Shown: positions 38,902 to 53,385 of the stretch, in pieces | Layout: each line of letters begins with the position of its first letter | Position numbering within the stretch: the stretch's first letter is position 1 | Origin: Octopus vulgaris | Lineage: Eukaryota | DNA length: 64,000 bases | Direction of reading: 5' to 3' | Assembly: GCA_951406725.2 (NCBI GenBank) | Contig: OX597819.1 | Coordinates: 37,696,001 to 37,760,000 of the forward strand | Translations under genes and position numbers: made by a program | The notes under the pieces: model-generated | What the model was told of the DNA's origin: nothing | What the model saw: only the letters and a program-made list of their open reading frames with translations | Database searches by the model: none

Positions 38902-39439
38902 AAGGTATGAGTATTTTAGATGGGGAAAATTTATGGTTTACAAGGAATAAAATTCACAGTTTATAAGGAATAAAATAGAAGAATAAAGAGTAAAAGTAGT
39001 AAGAAGAATATAGGCAGGAGAATAATGTTCACAACTCATCTTTTTCCAGGGGATATGGATGTTGGTCAGTACTTCCATGAGGGTACAGGTTTTTGGTTAA
39101 AATCTCAGGTAAATCCAGGTAATATTTTGGCAGTGTTCTGAATGATGTATTTATATTGTAAATGTGTATATACAGTGAAAAAATTTGATGGACCTAAATG
39201 GGTTTTGTGAGTGGGTGTATGAAAGAGAGAGAAAGAGAGATAGGAGAAAAGATTAGAAAAGAAGATAGTGGTAAAAGGGAAAAACTAGGAATGAAATAAA
39301 ATAATAATAAAATAAAATAAAAATAATAGAAATATAAATAAAAACAGTAGTAATGAAAATAATAAAATAAAAGATGAGGTAATGACAGATATATTCTAAA
39401 TGGGTTTTATGAGTGAGTGTGTATGATAGAGGAGAAAGG

Positions 39440-39497
39440 TAAGTTACAGGGACGTGAACACACCAGCATTGGTTGTTAAGTGATGTTGGGGGAACAA

Positions 39498-39593
<96 letters not shown>

Positions 39594-39750
39594 GGCTTCT
39601 TTCAGTTTCTGTCTACCAAATCCACTCACAAGGCTTTGGTCAGCCCAAGGCTATAGTAGAAGACACTTGCCCAAGGTGACACACAGTGGGACTGAACCCA
39701 GGACCATGTGGTTGGTTAGCAAGCTACTTACCACACAGCTACTCCAGCAC
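39440..39750 (-). mobile_element. SINE family A (partial)
   Basis: Reverse complement of 5160-5430. Confidence 0.85.
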
Positions 39751-42700
39751 ATAAAGAATATTCTTTATATATATACACACACACACATACACACACACAT
39801 ATATATATATGTGTGTATATATATATATACTCACATGCACGCACACACATATATATATATATATGAAGAAGGAAAAGGCATAGAAATCTTATGTTGGAAA
39901 GAATAATATATATTTCTGAAAATAAATATTTACATTGTCAACCAGTTTCACTTATGCTGATCATTACTAAGTAGTTAGTGATAATGTTATAATTTTATGC
40001 TATCATAATAAGTTTTCTTAGTATAAGAACCAATATTTTTCCAACATAGAATTTCTGTACATTTTCTTTCTTTTTATTGCAATTCACCACGTAAATCTTT
40101 ACACATTATATATATGTATGTATGTATGTATGCATGTATGTATGTATGTATGTATGTATGTACGCATACATATATACACATACAGAGAGAGAGGGAGGGA
40201 AAAGCATAAATGAAATGATTGAGATTATGAAGCAAGGAGGAGGCAAAGAAACAAATAGTAAATAGAGTCAGACAAGCAAAACTTGTGATGGTAAAAATGT
40301 AGAAATATAAAACAAAACAGCAATAAAAGAATATGTAGAATCAAAAAATAGATATGACAGTGGAAGAAGCAAAAATGGAACCATCATTCCAGGTTATACC
40401 TTTTATCAAAGGGAAGGAAAAGGAATAGGAGTTGGAAGAGTAAAAGAAATAGAAATGAATCTATATTTATGTTGTCTATTTACATTGCAGGTTTAGTGTA
40501 AAAAGCAAGCTGGGGAGTTGGATAGTACAACCAGTAGTGAAAACACAATCTGGATCATAGTGAGAATAGGTGAGGGAGACAAAAAGGAAGTGAGCAAGTG
40601 AGAAAGAGGGAAAAAAAATAAGTGGTGAGAATGAGGTGGAGAGAAAGTAAAAAAGAGGGAGAGGAGGAAAATATAGAAGGAAAGAGCAAGGGAGAGTTAG
40701 TAGGAAAAAGGGGGAATGAAGGACTCAAAATATCAGTGTGCAAGTATGTATGCACATGTATGTGTGTGTGTGTGTATTTGTACTGTGAAGTGCATCGTTG
40801 CCATTTATGCAGAGGTTAAATAGTATCTAATGTTATAATCTTCATTATTATTTAACGTCTGTTTTCCATGCAGGCATGGGTTTGGACAAAAAGTGTTGAA
40901 ATATATAAAGGTCATGAATCTGTGTTAGCTAAATATATATAAATATGCATGCACACACACACACACACACACAAATGTATGTGCACACAACTATATATAT
41001 ATATGTGCACACAACTATATATATATATGTGCACACAACTATATATATATATGTGCACACACAGTCTAGTGGTCATGCCTGTGCATAAATTTGATGTGAT
41101 ATGGATGAATGGGATTAGTGTGTCACAAATGAGAGCTATCTATGTATGAAATTTGCATGTGGTGTGTTATGGTGAGGAGATGTATGCATATGATGAGCTT
41201 CCATACAGTTTTCATTTACCAAATTCACTTAAAAGGCATTAGTGGGATTGAACATGAAACCATGTGATTGTGAAGCAAACTTATTAACCACACAGTTATG
41301 CATATGCTTACAGGATATGTAAAACTGAAATGAATACTCTACCTAATTCATATATTACCATTGCACAATAACATATAATCTGTGCTGTTGATAATTTTAT
41401 CATTGTCATTAATGACAGTGCAAAAGTTACATCAAAATTAGCATGCCTGTATTTATACAACAGCAAAAAAAAGATTACACATTATCATTTTTTATATTGC
41501 TATATGCACCTTATCAGTGCACAAACATTACAAGGCAACCTCATTCACACTAGTATCACAATACAATATAGCCAATACACTCTATAGAGTAATTGGTAAA
41601 TGAGTGGGAGACAATGTAGGATTGAATAAATCATTTAGTCTGGTTGAGAACACGACAACATCTCTAGTGTTGGTGCCATAATAAAATGCACCTATTATAC
41701 TCTGTAAAGTGGTTGGTGATGACAGAAAGAGCATCAAGTTATAGAAACTAAGTTAAAACTGGAAGACACAAATGAGATATGGTCCATAAACCTGTCAAGG
41801 AAAACAGAAGCTCTGAATAAGAACTGAAATGGACCATAACAACCCATCTTCTTTAAGTTAGCATGCAAAGTAAAATCTAAAATGATGATAGTAATAATTA
41901 TGGTGACAACAATGATGATGATGATGATAATGATATATGTGATGCAGAAAGTAGTGAGCTGGCAGAAACGTTAGCCTGCCGGGCGAAGTGGTAAGTCTGG
42001 GACCAAAAGAAGTCCCAGACTTAAAAAAGTAAGTAGTGGACTTGATTTATTTGGCTAAAACCTTCAAGGTAATGCTCCAGCATGGTTGCAGTTCAATGAT
42101 TGCAACAAGTAAAATATAAAATGTAAAAAGCGTACTATATATTTTCCTTTTCTAATATCCTTCTGAACTACTATTTCATTAACTAATGAACACACACACA
42201 CACACACACACACAAACATACACACACATCTCTATATACACAGATAATATGGAACACTGATGACCAGACTAACTATGAAGAACTGAAGATTACATTGGCT
42301 GTTTTACACAACTGGTTTATTCCAAGGAAGTCTGTTATCATTTAATATCATTTAAGTGAGAGCAAAATTAAGGCACATGGTTTTACTTACAAAACCATTG
42401 TTTATCTCCAGAAACCTAACAAGAAAGACATTTACAAATAGTTGCCCATTGTCCAATGAAAGAAAACAGTAGGAATGTTAACAAGATCATGGAAACAACA
42501 TAAAAATATAAAATTTTGATTGGAATATGGAACGCCAAACCAAATTAATGTATAAATTATTGGCATGAAAATAACAAATGAATGTTTTATTGCTTTGTTA
42601 ATGCAACATTAAAAGAGTCTAATATCAATATAGTATTTAATACTCTAGATTATTGGAACCTTCCAGTTACAGAGTAGATATTAAATCCACAATAGAAACA

Positions 42701-43751
42701 GTGCCAGAAAGAGGAGCTTCTGAAAAGAGTTTAAGTGGAAATGTTAACTTGGGAAAATGCCATAATATTACATACAAGCTAGTGAAATTCAGATACACCC
42801 ACAACTTCTAAAATTTCACATAAATATTATTCATGAAGTTGTATCAACATCAGTACGTATTAAACTGAGGAAATACCATTAGAAATATCTCTACTTTAGA
42901 AGCAGCAGAAGAACATCTAGACAAAATGTCATCTGTCACTCTAGTGAGTAAAACTAGCAGTAAAATAAAGTGCTGCACACTATTTTCAAGATCAACAAGA
43001 GGAAGAATAATTAATCTGAATGGAAGGAAACAAAAGAGATAAAAGTGCATATTAGGAGAACATTTTTATTTTTGTAACAATATTATATAAATGCAAAAGG
43101 TAACACAACACCTGTTACTACAAGAGAGCATTAGTAATGTGCTTTTAACCTTGATGTTAGAAAGAAAATAGAGGCAGAAATTGTTTTCTATAATTTATCA
43201 AATATTATAAATGAATAATAATATGTAATTAGTTTTAGACAATTAAAACGGTTTAGTGTGTGGTTGTGCTGTAATGATGCAAGAAGGAGACACTGTATAA
43301 GAAGAATATAATAGCAAAAGTATGACATAAAAATGATGCTGATAATCTTTTCAGTGGATCTATCACTTCAGAAGAATCTACTGTTATATTTATGTAAGGT
43401 TCTATAAGCTTGTGCAATACACATAGTTCTGTGGTGTCTATTCCAAAGACATCAATTTCTTGGCAACATAAACGTGAAAGTGTAAAATTGTTCTTGCTGT
43501 AGTTGTTGGTGCTGCTGCTCTTACTGATGATGATAGAGAAAAGGAGGAAAGAGGAGGTTGTGGTGGAGAAACATTTAAATTTTTTTTGTTGTTTAACACT
43601 AGGCTAACACTGATCCAAAAGACCTTATGATGAAAAATGTTTTCCTGCTGTGACCTTCCCAGCTTTTTTTTTTTTTTGTTTTACTTAGGAACAGTGACCT
43701 GATAACCTAAGACAGTACATGATATAGGTGTTAACTACTGAAACATGACAG

Positions 43752-44076
43752 TAATAATAATAATAATAATGAAATTATTGTATACAGTGCTCAGGTGCAC
43801 CACAACTTGTCAGAAAGTGCATATAAAGTCTGGAAAGCAAACAATGTATGAGTCAGATACATGCTTGTGTGTGTGTGGAGGGGAGAAAATCAGGTGTAGT
43901 GTTGGCGAATCTCAGAAAGCATGGAAGTTTTGAAGGATGCAGTGCTCCGACAACTAACAACTGATGCCGGCAGTTTGTTCCATGCTTCAGCAACTCTCAG
44001 CATGAAAAAATGTTTCCTAAAGTCATGGGAGCAGTGCTGTTTTCTGATTTTGTAAATATATCCACGGGTGTTAGAC
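43752..44076 (-). mobile_element. CR1-type LINE 3' end
   Basis: TRGYIYKIRKQHCSHDFRKHFFMLRVAEAWNKLPASVVS..FK; (TTA)n tail. Confidence 0.8.
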
Positions 44077-44312
44077 GGGTGGATACATCAGGTCTGAACA
44101 TTTTTATTTCCATTTATGTATTTTATAAGTCAATTTGTGAAAGATAGTTCCATTGATTATAGGCTTCCAGCAGATCAATCACTATTCATGATATTTTTGA
44201 TAGAGGATCAATGGGTTTCTTTTTATTACTTTGCTGATGTTTGTACAACAGCACCCATATATGGGTGCAGTACTCTAATGAGGGTTTTATCAGCAGTTTC
44301 TAGTGTATCGTA

Positions 44313-44533
44313 TACCAAGGTGGCACTGAAAAGTTCCTGGCTTTAAGGGTATCACAAAAGGCCTGGCTGGAAACCCAACCTTCTGAGTTCTTTTACAAGG
44401 CTTAGAAAAACTGAGGGACTGCTGCAATAAGTGTGTGAATCAGAGAGGATTATGTTGAATAAAATCATAATTAACTGATCCTCCTGTATTTTCTTTCACC
44501 CAAGGCCAGGAACGTTTCAGCATCCCCCTTGTA
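44313..44533 (+). mobile_element. Mariner-derived MITE
   Basis: TIRs ctgaaaagttcctggc / gccaggaacgtttcag; TA flanks; residual LEKLRDCCNKCVNQRG C-terminal peptide. Confidence 0.8.
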
Positions 44534-44689
44534 AAGTTGCATGGCCAAGTAATTAGGGTGTTGGGTTCATGATTGAAGAGTCACGGGTTTAATTCCTGGA
44601 TCAGTCCTCATATTTTTGCCCTTGAACAAGGCACTTCCTTCAATGTTGCTCCTGACTATTCAACTGAAAATGAGTACCACCTGAGTGTC

Positions 44690-45110
44690 AGCACAGCACT
44701 CTGTTTTCTCTCGGTAGTTGCTGTGGCGAAACAGGTAGTATGGAAGACGAGAGTGAAAGGAATTGCAATGGGCATGTTCATCTCCAGTCTCGAGCTAATC
44801 GATTTTTTCGTTTTCCACATGAAACGGAAAATAAGGCTGGAGAAGAAATGTCTGTTGGAAAGTGTGTTTCGTAAAAGATGGAAGTCTATAGCAAGTACAT
44901 TGCGAGTGAAAGAACCTGTTTAAACGGGAATATAAAAAAGGAGAAAGCAAAGTCTTCAGTGTGAGTATGTGGTTTGTGGGGTCGACCACGTCCTCTGCTT
45001 CAGTTTTTGTTAATCACTCATTCTCATTTAATTGTATATATTTTAATTGTTTGCTTATGCATACATTTAGTCTCATTCGATACCCTGACCCAATGATTGC
45101 TTTGTCTGTC
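44690..45110 (+). mobile_element. Tx1/L1-like LINE ORF2 C-terminal remnant and 3' UTR
   Basis: VAVAKQVVWKTR...FRKRW pattern in ORF 44573-44923. Confidence 0.55.
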
Positions 45111-45494
45111 TTCATATCGTCCCCTCTTTTTCTCAAACTTATGGTGAATAAAGAAATTCTATCCTTCCAGCTGAAAACATTCTTTACTGTTTTGCTGATT
45201 CAAGGGTTGAGAAAGTATTTATGTCTGCTTGACACTACATAGACACCTAAAACAACTAGTGAAAGCATAGTACATACTACCAGATCATACTAGCTTGCAA
45301 CTGACAGTTATGCTTTTTTTGTTTTTTTGTTTTTTTGCATTTTTGGTTCTGAAAAGGGTCAGTAATAACTGATCATGACAAGTATTTCCTGACACTAAAG
45401 AGAATGACTAGTTTTTGTGATGTGATTTTGACATCATCATCATCATTGTCATCATTGTGCTGGTGGTGCTGGTGCTGGTTGTGGTGGTGGTGTT

Positions 45495-45521
45495 GACGAT
45501 GATGATGATGATGATGATGAA

Positions 45522-45572
<51 letters not shown>

Positions 45573-45713
45573 GATGATGATGATGAAGATGAAGATGATG
45601 ATGATGATGAAGATGATGATGATGATGAAGATGATGATGATGATGATGATGATGAAGAGGATGATGATGATGATGAAGATGATGATGATGATGATGAAGA
45701 TGATGAAGATGAA

Positions 45714-45752
<39 letters not shown>
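45495..45752. repeat. (GAT)n with GAA interruptions
   Basis: Direct reading. Confidence 0.95.
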
Positions 45753-47631
45753 AGGGCTTCATGCATTTTGAAATGAATATAAATTTTAAATACAAAAATA
45801 TAATACACATGTGCAGTCATGTTTTTTTCAACAGCTGTAATTGCAAGTCATTAAATCTATATGGAAATAAGAATTGAAGAAGAATGAGCATGAGACATCA
45901 CTTTGCTAAACAGATATATATTGCTATTAGAACAATCCTTAAGCATAGATGAAAACTTCTAGTTTAGTTTTGTGCTGCTGAGTTCACAAGTCACGCAATA
46001 TCATATCTGGAAATAATAACTTTAGCAGAGAAACTTCTAGCTTAAGTTACTGACTTCCAATATGACTAGCCAGAGGTTTAGTTTGTACTAACTAAAGAAT
46101 ATAAGAGAGATGAGGGAAAGAAAACAGCATTCACGATATGAGTGAAACCAAAATTTTCTGCCTTTTGAATGTGCTTGTTACAAGCAGCAGAATTAAGAAG
46201 CAGAATAAAAAAAATATACCATTTTATCATTGTCTTGTAAACTTTTCCTGCAAAGAATTAGGACAATGTCATCTGACATACTGCCTATTGTGCTTTACAC
46301 TTTCTCCCTCACTCTCTGCCAAAATCATTCTCTCTCTCTCTCACTCTCACACACACACACAAATATATACTTGAATATAATGAAGAACATGCAGGCATAC
46401 ACGCATATATACCAATTCTGGAATATATCCAGTAATACAAATTCTCATGGATATTAATCAACTCCACTTTGAAGTCAATGACTTTAAATCTTGGCTATTC
46501 ACCTTGTGGAATATTTTCTATAAGACTTCACTTCTATGAACATTAATTTTATATGTCTGATGAAAAAAAAAAAATTGCCATCAAACTTGGTTTCTACACA
46601 TTTGTAGTTATTTCAGCAAGCATTCACTTCGCATTAAATCTAGGAAGGTTGTTTTTTGAAAGCATGCCAATAAAAATAATTTATTTCTAGATGATTTTTA
46701 CCCAACCAACCATACACAAAGTATATAATAACCTGTCTCGCTTTAAGAAAGGTAAGCATATCTGTTTCTCGATATAGCTTGTTATGACTTTATCATAGCA
46801 TATACGAGAAGTACAATAGAGTGGTTTCCACTGTCTTCTCCTGGTAGGTATGAAAGCTAATATTTTTAAGAGAGCTTTGAAATGGATGCTTCTTAAGTGT
46901 AGATGAACTGAAATAGCTAGTTAAAACTGGGAGCTAAAAGTGGATTCTGGGATGAGATCAATGAAAGACACATGCCAAGTGTTTACATTGTACTTCATAA
47001 CATGTCAAAGAAGAAGGAAACAAAAATATCATATATCAAAAAACCATAACTGCTGTGTTCTAAATATTTTTTTGTTATTGATATAGTATTCATTTCATAT
47101 TATATATCAACTGTTGAATAATGCCATAAGTCATTATAGATTTCCAGCAGACCAATTGATGAACAACTGCATCCTTGGTCATAGGTTTCTAATTGACCAA
47201 TTGGTGAACAGTATCCCTCTTGGTTACAATTCCAATGGACCAATCCTTGGTTCACTGCATTTCTTTCTAATAGTGAGATTGACAAGGGAGTGTTTGTAAC
47301 ATGATGTTGAATAAATATGTTAAAAGATGTTGTTCATAACACAATTCTTTTTTGTGTTTTTCTTCTAATATGTATATTATTTATTGATATCCATTGGCAA
47401 AGATACACATGTGCACAAATACACACAAATAGAAGTCCATACGTGTGTGAAAATATATACATACATACATACATCTATATGGAAAATCTTATATATATAT
47501 ATATCATAATGGGTTTCCATATAGTTTGTATGTTATATTAATCACACAACTATGTCTATACTCTATTTACATCCATCTTGATGTTTTGTGTATCAAGTTT
47601 TCAACTAGCTAGCCTTTAATCTTCTTCAACA

Positions 47632-47669
<38 letters not shown>

Positions 47670-48000
47670 TCACTCACATTATGAGAAGCTGGAGATTCTT
47701 GTATTGTTACTCAGGGTAATTATTCCAGTGATTGAAGGAAGCAAAACAATAATATTTATTCTTTTATTCTGTTACTTGTTTTAGTCATATGACTGCATCC
47801 ATGCTGGAGTACTGCCTTAAAGGTTTTGTTTTTTAGGTGAAAAAATTGACCTCAGGACTTATTTTTTGGAAGCCCAGTTCTTATTCTATCAGTTTCTTTT
47901 GCTGATTTGCTAAGTTATGAGGACATAAACACGCCAACATCAGTTGTTAACCGATGGTGGGTGAGGACAACTACTGACAAAAAGACACACACATATAAAT

Positions 48001-48298
48001 GAAGACCTGTTGAGGCAAGTGAGAATCAAAATCGAAATCGATCAACATCAATGGAAATTGTAGCTGTGATACCAGTGCCGGTTGCACGTAAGCCAACCAT
48101 CTGAACATGGCTGTTGCCAGCGCCGCCCCGATGGGCCTTCATGCCAGTGGCATGTAAAAAGCACCATCCAATCGTGGCCGTTGCCAGCCTTGTCTGCCAG
48201 ATCAAACTGGGCCTGGCGCAACCTTCCGGTTTCCCAGACCCCAGTTGAACCGTCCAACCCATGCTAGCATGGAAAACGGACGTTAAATGATGATGATG
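48001..48298 (+). mobile_element. RTE 3' UTR copy with internal deletion
   Basis: Matches 3072-3523. Confidence 0.85.
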
Positions 48299-48377
48299 AA
48301 TATATTAATATATGTATATATATACATACATATATGTACATACCTACATCTATATGTATATATACATGCATATATGG

Positions 48378-49070
48378 GTACAGGACATCAAAAAAACGTT
48401 GAACACAATGAGAAACGAAAACATAAAAACAAAAAACATGGAAACAAACTTTTTTTCAAACAACGAAAAAAAAGAGTACAAGACATACAACACAAGGAAT
48501 ATTCCCCTTCTTCAGTTGTCCCTGTTTTGTCTACTCCGTGTTTCGATGGTAAGGACAAGACGCAGCTTTGTTGAAACAGTCCTTCCCACAAAGCAAATTA
48601 AATAAAATTAGGGATTATTTTGCAGAGGGGTAAAAGTGGAAACAAGAACAGGACAGTAAGAATAAAAACAATACAAGTAAAAACAGTAAAAGACAGGACA
48701 AAAAGAATAACATGGTAAAAACAAACGATGAGGGCTGTTAAGCCAAGACAATGGAAAAATTATTTTGAATGCGTTAAGGAGACAGCTTATGAGAGGGACA
48801 GAATAAGCCAGCTTGACTCGAGGAAGATAGCAGTTGCAAAGATGGCTTCCCTCTAGTCACATGTCAGTGATGAGAGAGTCAAGGAGAAGGAGTAAGAGAG
48901 AGGGAATGGTGAAGGGTAGAGAAGAATAGGGATGGGTGGGAGAGAAAACCAGAAAGGATGAAGAACAAGGGAGGGAGAAAGATAGACAGAGGAGAAATAG
49001 TAAAAGTTGAAGAGTGGTATCATAATTATTAAGATAAAACTTACTTGGAAAAGGATGCGTGGCATTCAAT
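48378..49070 (-). mobile_element. Probable PLE-type terminal region between (TA)-rich tracts
   Basis: Minus-strand acaa CTGAAGA..GTC ttgt and cGAAAC acgga GTA half-motifs. Confidence 0.4.
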
Positions 49071-49198
49071 CATATAATAATATACATACAAACATATATA
49101 TATATATATATACATATATATATACACATATATATATACATATATCATCATCATCAACATCATCGTTTTACATCTGCTTTCCATGCTAGCATGGGTTG

Positions 49199-49289
49199 GA
49201 CGGTTCAACTGGCGTCTGGGAAGCCAGAAGGCTGCACCAGTCCCAGTCTGGTGCAGCCTTCTGGCTTCCCAGATACCAGTTGAACAGTC
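49199..49289. repeat. Fold-back made from the RTE 3' tail
   Basis: gttcaactgg..ctgcaccag tcccagt ctggtgcag..ccagttgaac. Confidence 0.9.
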
Positions 49290-49323
49290 ATACATATATA
49301 TATATACATATATATATAGATAC

Positions 49324-49354
<31 letters not shown>

Positions 49355-49555
49355 TATATACACACATATATATATACACACACATATATATATATACACA
49401 CACAATATATATATACACACACACACATATATATATACACATATATATATATATAACATATATATATACACATATATATATACATAAAAATATAACTTAG
49501 AATAACTTAGAAAGGTTTTGGCCAGTATTGGCCCAGACCATATCTAACTTAATAG

Positions 49556-49642
<87 letters not shown>

Positions 49643-49657
49643 ATATATATATATTGT

Positions 49658-49977
49658 GAAGGTGCGTGGTTTAGTGGTTAGGGGCAATCAGCTCATGATC
49701 ATAAGGTCATGAGTTCAATTCCCGGCAACATATTGTGTCCTTAAGCAAGACACTTTATTTCATGTTGCTCCAAGTCCACTGAGCTGGCAAAAATAAGTTG
49801 TAGGTATTTCAAAGGGCTGGCCTTGCTACACTCTGTGTAACTCTGAATCTCCCTGAGAACTACGTTAGGGGTATGGTGTCTGTGGATAGCTCAGTCACTT
49901 GCACGTTAATTTCATGAGCAGGCTGTTCTGTTGATTGTATCAGCTGGGACCCTCGTCATAGTAACTGACAGAGTGCT
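49658..49977 (+). mobile_element. tRNA-derived CORE-type SINE family E
   Basis: tggtttagtggttag A-box, gagttcaattcc B-box, gtgtccttaagcaagacact CORE-like. Confidence 0.75.
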
Positions 49978-50003
49978 CCTTTACATATATGTATATACAT
50001 ATA

Positions 50004-50279
50004 TCATCATCATCATCATCATCATCGTTTAACGTCCGCTTTCCATGCTAGCATGGGTTGGACGGTTCAACTGGGGTTTGGGAAGCCATAAGGCTGTGCC
50101 AGGCCCAGTCTGATCAAGCAGTGTTTCTATAGCTGGATGCCCTTCCTAATGCCAACCACTCTGTGAGTGTAGTGGGTGCTTTTTACATGCCACCTGCACA
50201 GGTGCCAGACGAGGCTGGCAAACGACCAAGATCCGATGGTGCTTTTTACATGTCACCGGCATGGGGGCCAGACGAGGCT

Positions 50280-50282
<3 letters not shown>
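50004..50282 (-). mobile_element. RTE 3' tail copy
   Basis: (CAT)n plus reverse tail. Confidence 0.85.
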
Positions 50283-50341
<59 letters not shown>

Positions 50342-50734
50342 TATGTATATATATACATGACAGGCTTCTTTCAGTTTCTATCTACCAAATACACCCACAA
50401 GACCCTGGTTGGCCTGAAGCTATAGTAGAAGCCTAAAGTGCCATGCAGTAGAATTGAACCTAGAACCATGTGGCTGGGAAGCAAACTTCTTCCACACAGC
50501 CACGTCTGTGCCTATATTTAAGTACAAGTATTCATAAACACATTGACATATGATCAGTCATTCAGAACATAATTTGCAAGGATTCTAGTCCATGTCACTA
50601 ACTAGTCCTAAGTTTAGAGATTTGGGGTTTTAGCAGCTTCAGTCCTTGGATTGTTACAAGATTGAGAGTTTGTCTCTTAAATTTACCTATGACCTAGCAA
50701 CTGCCTAAAAATACGTGAATAAAATCACAGATAT

Positions 50735-51103
50735 GACTGTGTGAAAGATGCATGCTTCCCAACTGCTTGGTTTCAGGTTCAGTCCCATTGTTTGCATCCT
50801 CGAGCAAGCGTCTTCTACTATAGCCTCAGACTAACCAAAGCCTTGTAAGTGTATTTGGTAGGCAGAAACTGAATGAAGCCTTCCAATTATACGTGTGTGT
50901 GTTTGCATTTCTCTTTGTCTCTACCACTGCATGATAACTACTGTTGGTTTGTTTACATCCCTGTTACTTAGCAGTTCAGCAAATGAGACCAATAGTATAA
51001 GTACCAGTCTTTACAAAAATAAGTACTGGGCTGATTAGTTTGATGAAACCCTTCAAGGCAGTGCCCCAGCATGGTTGCTGTCCAATGAATGAAACAAGTA
51101 AAA
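50735..51103 (+). mobile_element. Older SINE family A copy
   Basis: Colinear with 5157-5566, more diverged. Confidence 0.75.
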
Positions 51104-52239
51104 GGTAGCAGGTAAAATAAATAAAAGAAGAAAGAAAGAAACAAAGAAAAGAAAACAAGAGGAAGTTGCCTAAACTTATAGTGTTTGTCTATTGATGATC
51201 AATGAAAACAGCTTCAATTATATGGAACTTCAAAAGGGGACACATTCATGCAAAGGACCAGAGAATCCCAACTGTTTTCACCTATATTACATCTTCTAGG
51301 CACTTAAAACTATGCAAGTGGTAATATTTCATTGTTATATATGTGCAAAGACTTTGACCATCACAACAAGAGGTTTGTCATCTGAGACTCCAAGAAGTTT
51401 TAACCACCTGTAATCAATGAAAATTTTAACTGAATACATAGTATTTGGCAAAGAATACAGTCATATGGTGACAGGTGGTGGGGAGGACAGAGAAGTATGA
51501 TTGCTTCCCCATAGGGAAACACCTTCTGTGTGCTTGAAAGTACAGAGATGGTGGTATTTCATTGTCATAGATGTTTAGAAACCCCAACAGTCACAAGAAG
51601 ACAATTTCACCTTTAGTTGAAAGAATGTCAGTCATATACCATGCAGTTTTAATTACAGAACAAGATTAAGTTCATACTAAAACCATCACTATAGACTAGA
51701 TACTATATCTCAGCAATCACTACGTTTTCTGTGTCAAGTCTGAAGTCTTATCACTAGCAATGCTCTATTTAAAATTTAAACTAATTAATATATTTATTCC
51801 ACATCAAGTTAACATATGCTAAAAACATAAGTCCACAAAGAAGACTCTGTGAGGTCATTCAATCTGTAAAAAGTAGCAACCAAATCTCCCTCATATCACA
51901 TTCTATTGTCTTTCAAAATGTCACAGTGGATAGTGAAGCCCTGGATGCAGTCTTTGATAGAAAAATTGGATGGTGGTATCTGGAATGCCTCTGTTCAAAG
52001 GTCTGCTCAGTAAACGCTGAGTTTGGGTTTAACAACAACAACAATATGAGCCAACAAGAGAGCCTATATGTGGTTAATTAGCCTCCTAGAAGCAGTAGCC
52101 AACTTCCTCAAATTACATTCAACTGTCTTAAAAAAAAAGATACATAGGACAATAAAGTCTTTGATGTGTAATTGACAAAATGGCTGTGGAGAGAATACCT
52201 TTGGTCAATGCCAGAGTCTCTAAGAAAAGTTTTTATTGC

Positions 52240-53385
52240 CTACTAGATAGATATCAACCTATGCACATAGATACTTACACTTGCAAACACACATATATAC
52301 ACAAACTTTTATACAAAGATATATACACGTCCAGACACACACACACACACACAAATACTTACATGTTTACAAAAGCAGCAAGTAAAATAAATAATCCTTT
52401 TTAAGAAATGTTGACACACTTGATAACCTAATATCTGGCAAACACAATACTATAGAAAATATATTTTCTGAGATAAAAATGACTATTTTTAAGATCCTAG
52501 AGATGGGATACTCCTAAAATTTATGGCAGCTGTTTTTAAAAACATTTTTTTTTTATGAAGGTGAAGCCCATTAGATATTCATAGGGCCACTTCCTTGAGT
52601 CACTGGACTGATGTTCTGACTGCCCCCATCCCACTCCATCCCATTTCCTTAACAAGTCCTGATCAGTGTTGACCTGAGTCACAATATCAAAAATATATGG
52701 GATAACTAGTCATGCTTTTATTGTCTCAGTGTTATATTTCCCACTAGATAGATAACAACCTTCACATGCAGATACTTACACACACAAACACATATATACA
52801 CAAACCTTTATAGAAAGATACATACACATCAAGACACACACACATAAGACATCGCCAGCCAGCAGGAGATAAGTAACATCACTGGCCAGCCACATCTGGC
52901 AACTAAGAGATCATGGGATCCCATACTCGATCTCATGGAAAATCCTCAAGATCCCAGGTCCCTACATAAATAGGACGAAACATAGTAAGTTATGCATAGC
53001 TGAACACATGAGAATCTTAAAAGACTCGCTTGAATCAGAGGAACATTCTCAACTCCAGAACAGAGATTTTCAGGCCATGCTTACATTTTAGGAAGTTCTT
53101 GCTAGCCTTTTGGAGCCCACAAGATGGCAGCACAGTCAGACGTCGATAGTCAATAGCAAAGAGACATATCAACCCATTTGTTTACTTTGAGTAGCAAGGT
53201 TTTTTCCTCTCCATTTTTTGAAGAGGGTCATAGGCCAACAGGTTTTGGGGTCTGACGATACACTATAAAGCTAAAGCAGCAAATGAAATAATTAATAATC
53301 CTTTTTAAGACATGTGACACACATGATGTCCTAGTATCAAAGCAAACACAATACTATAGAAAATATATTTTCTTAGATAAAAATG
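52240..53385. repeat. Local tandem duplication, second copy split by a PLE fragment
   Basis: 52240-52482 matches 52741-52849 plus 53273-53385. Confidence 0.8.
52850..53265 (+). mobile_element. Penelope-like element: C-terminus downstream of the GIY-YIG motif plus 3' UTR
   Basis: TSLASHIWQLRDHGIPYSISWKILK..Y..KLCIAE..NILNSRTEIFRPCLHFRKFLL; ends at a truncated CTGACGA. Confidence 0.75.

Noticed and set aside
40491-40570. Possible exon (ttgcag acceptor, gtgagg donor)
   Set aside because: Weak polypyrimidine tract, stops in all frames, no recognisable peptide
40979-41062. 24-bp tandem repeat (atgtgcacacaactatatatatat)
   Set aside because: Simple slippage minisatellite with no spacers or further structure
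41992-42023. Hairpin taagtctgggac caaaagaa gtcccagactta as a terminator or miRNA
   Set aside because: Short, lies at a junction between SINE fragments, and is likely a rearrangement scar
42240-43060. Unique-looking A-rich stretch as a gene or old RT
   Set aside because: No sustained ORF and only vague motif resemblance; needs a translated HMM search
48478-48519. Functional hammerhead on the minus strand
   Set aside because: Stems I and II, CTGAAGA and GTC are present but the GAAA segment is missing
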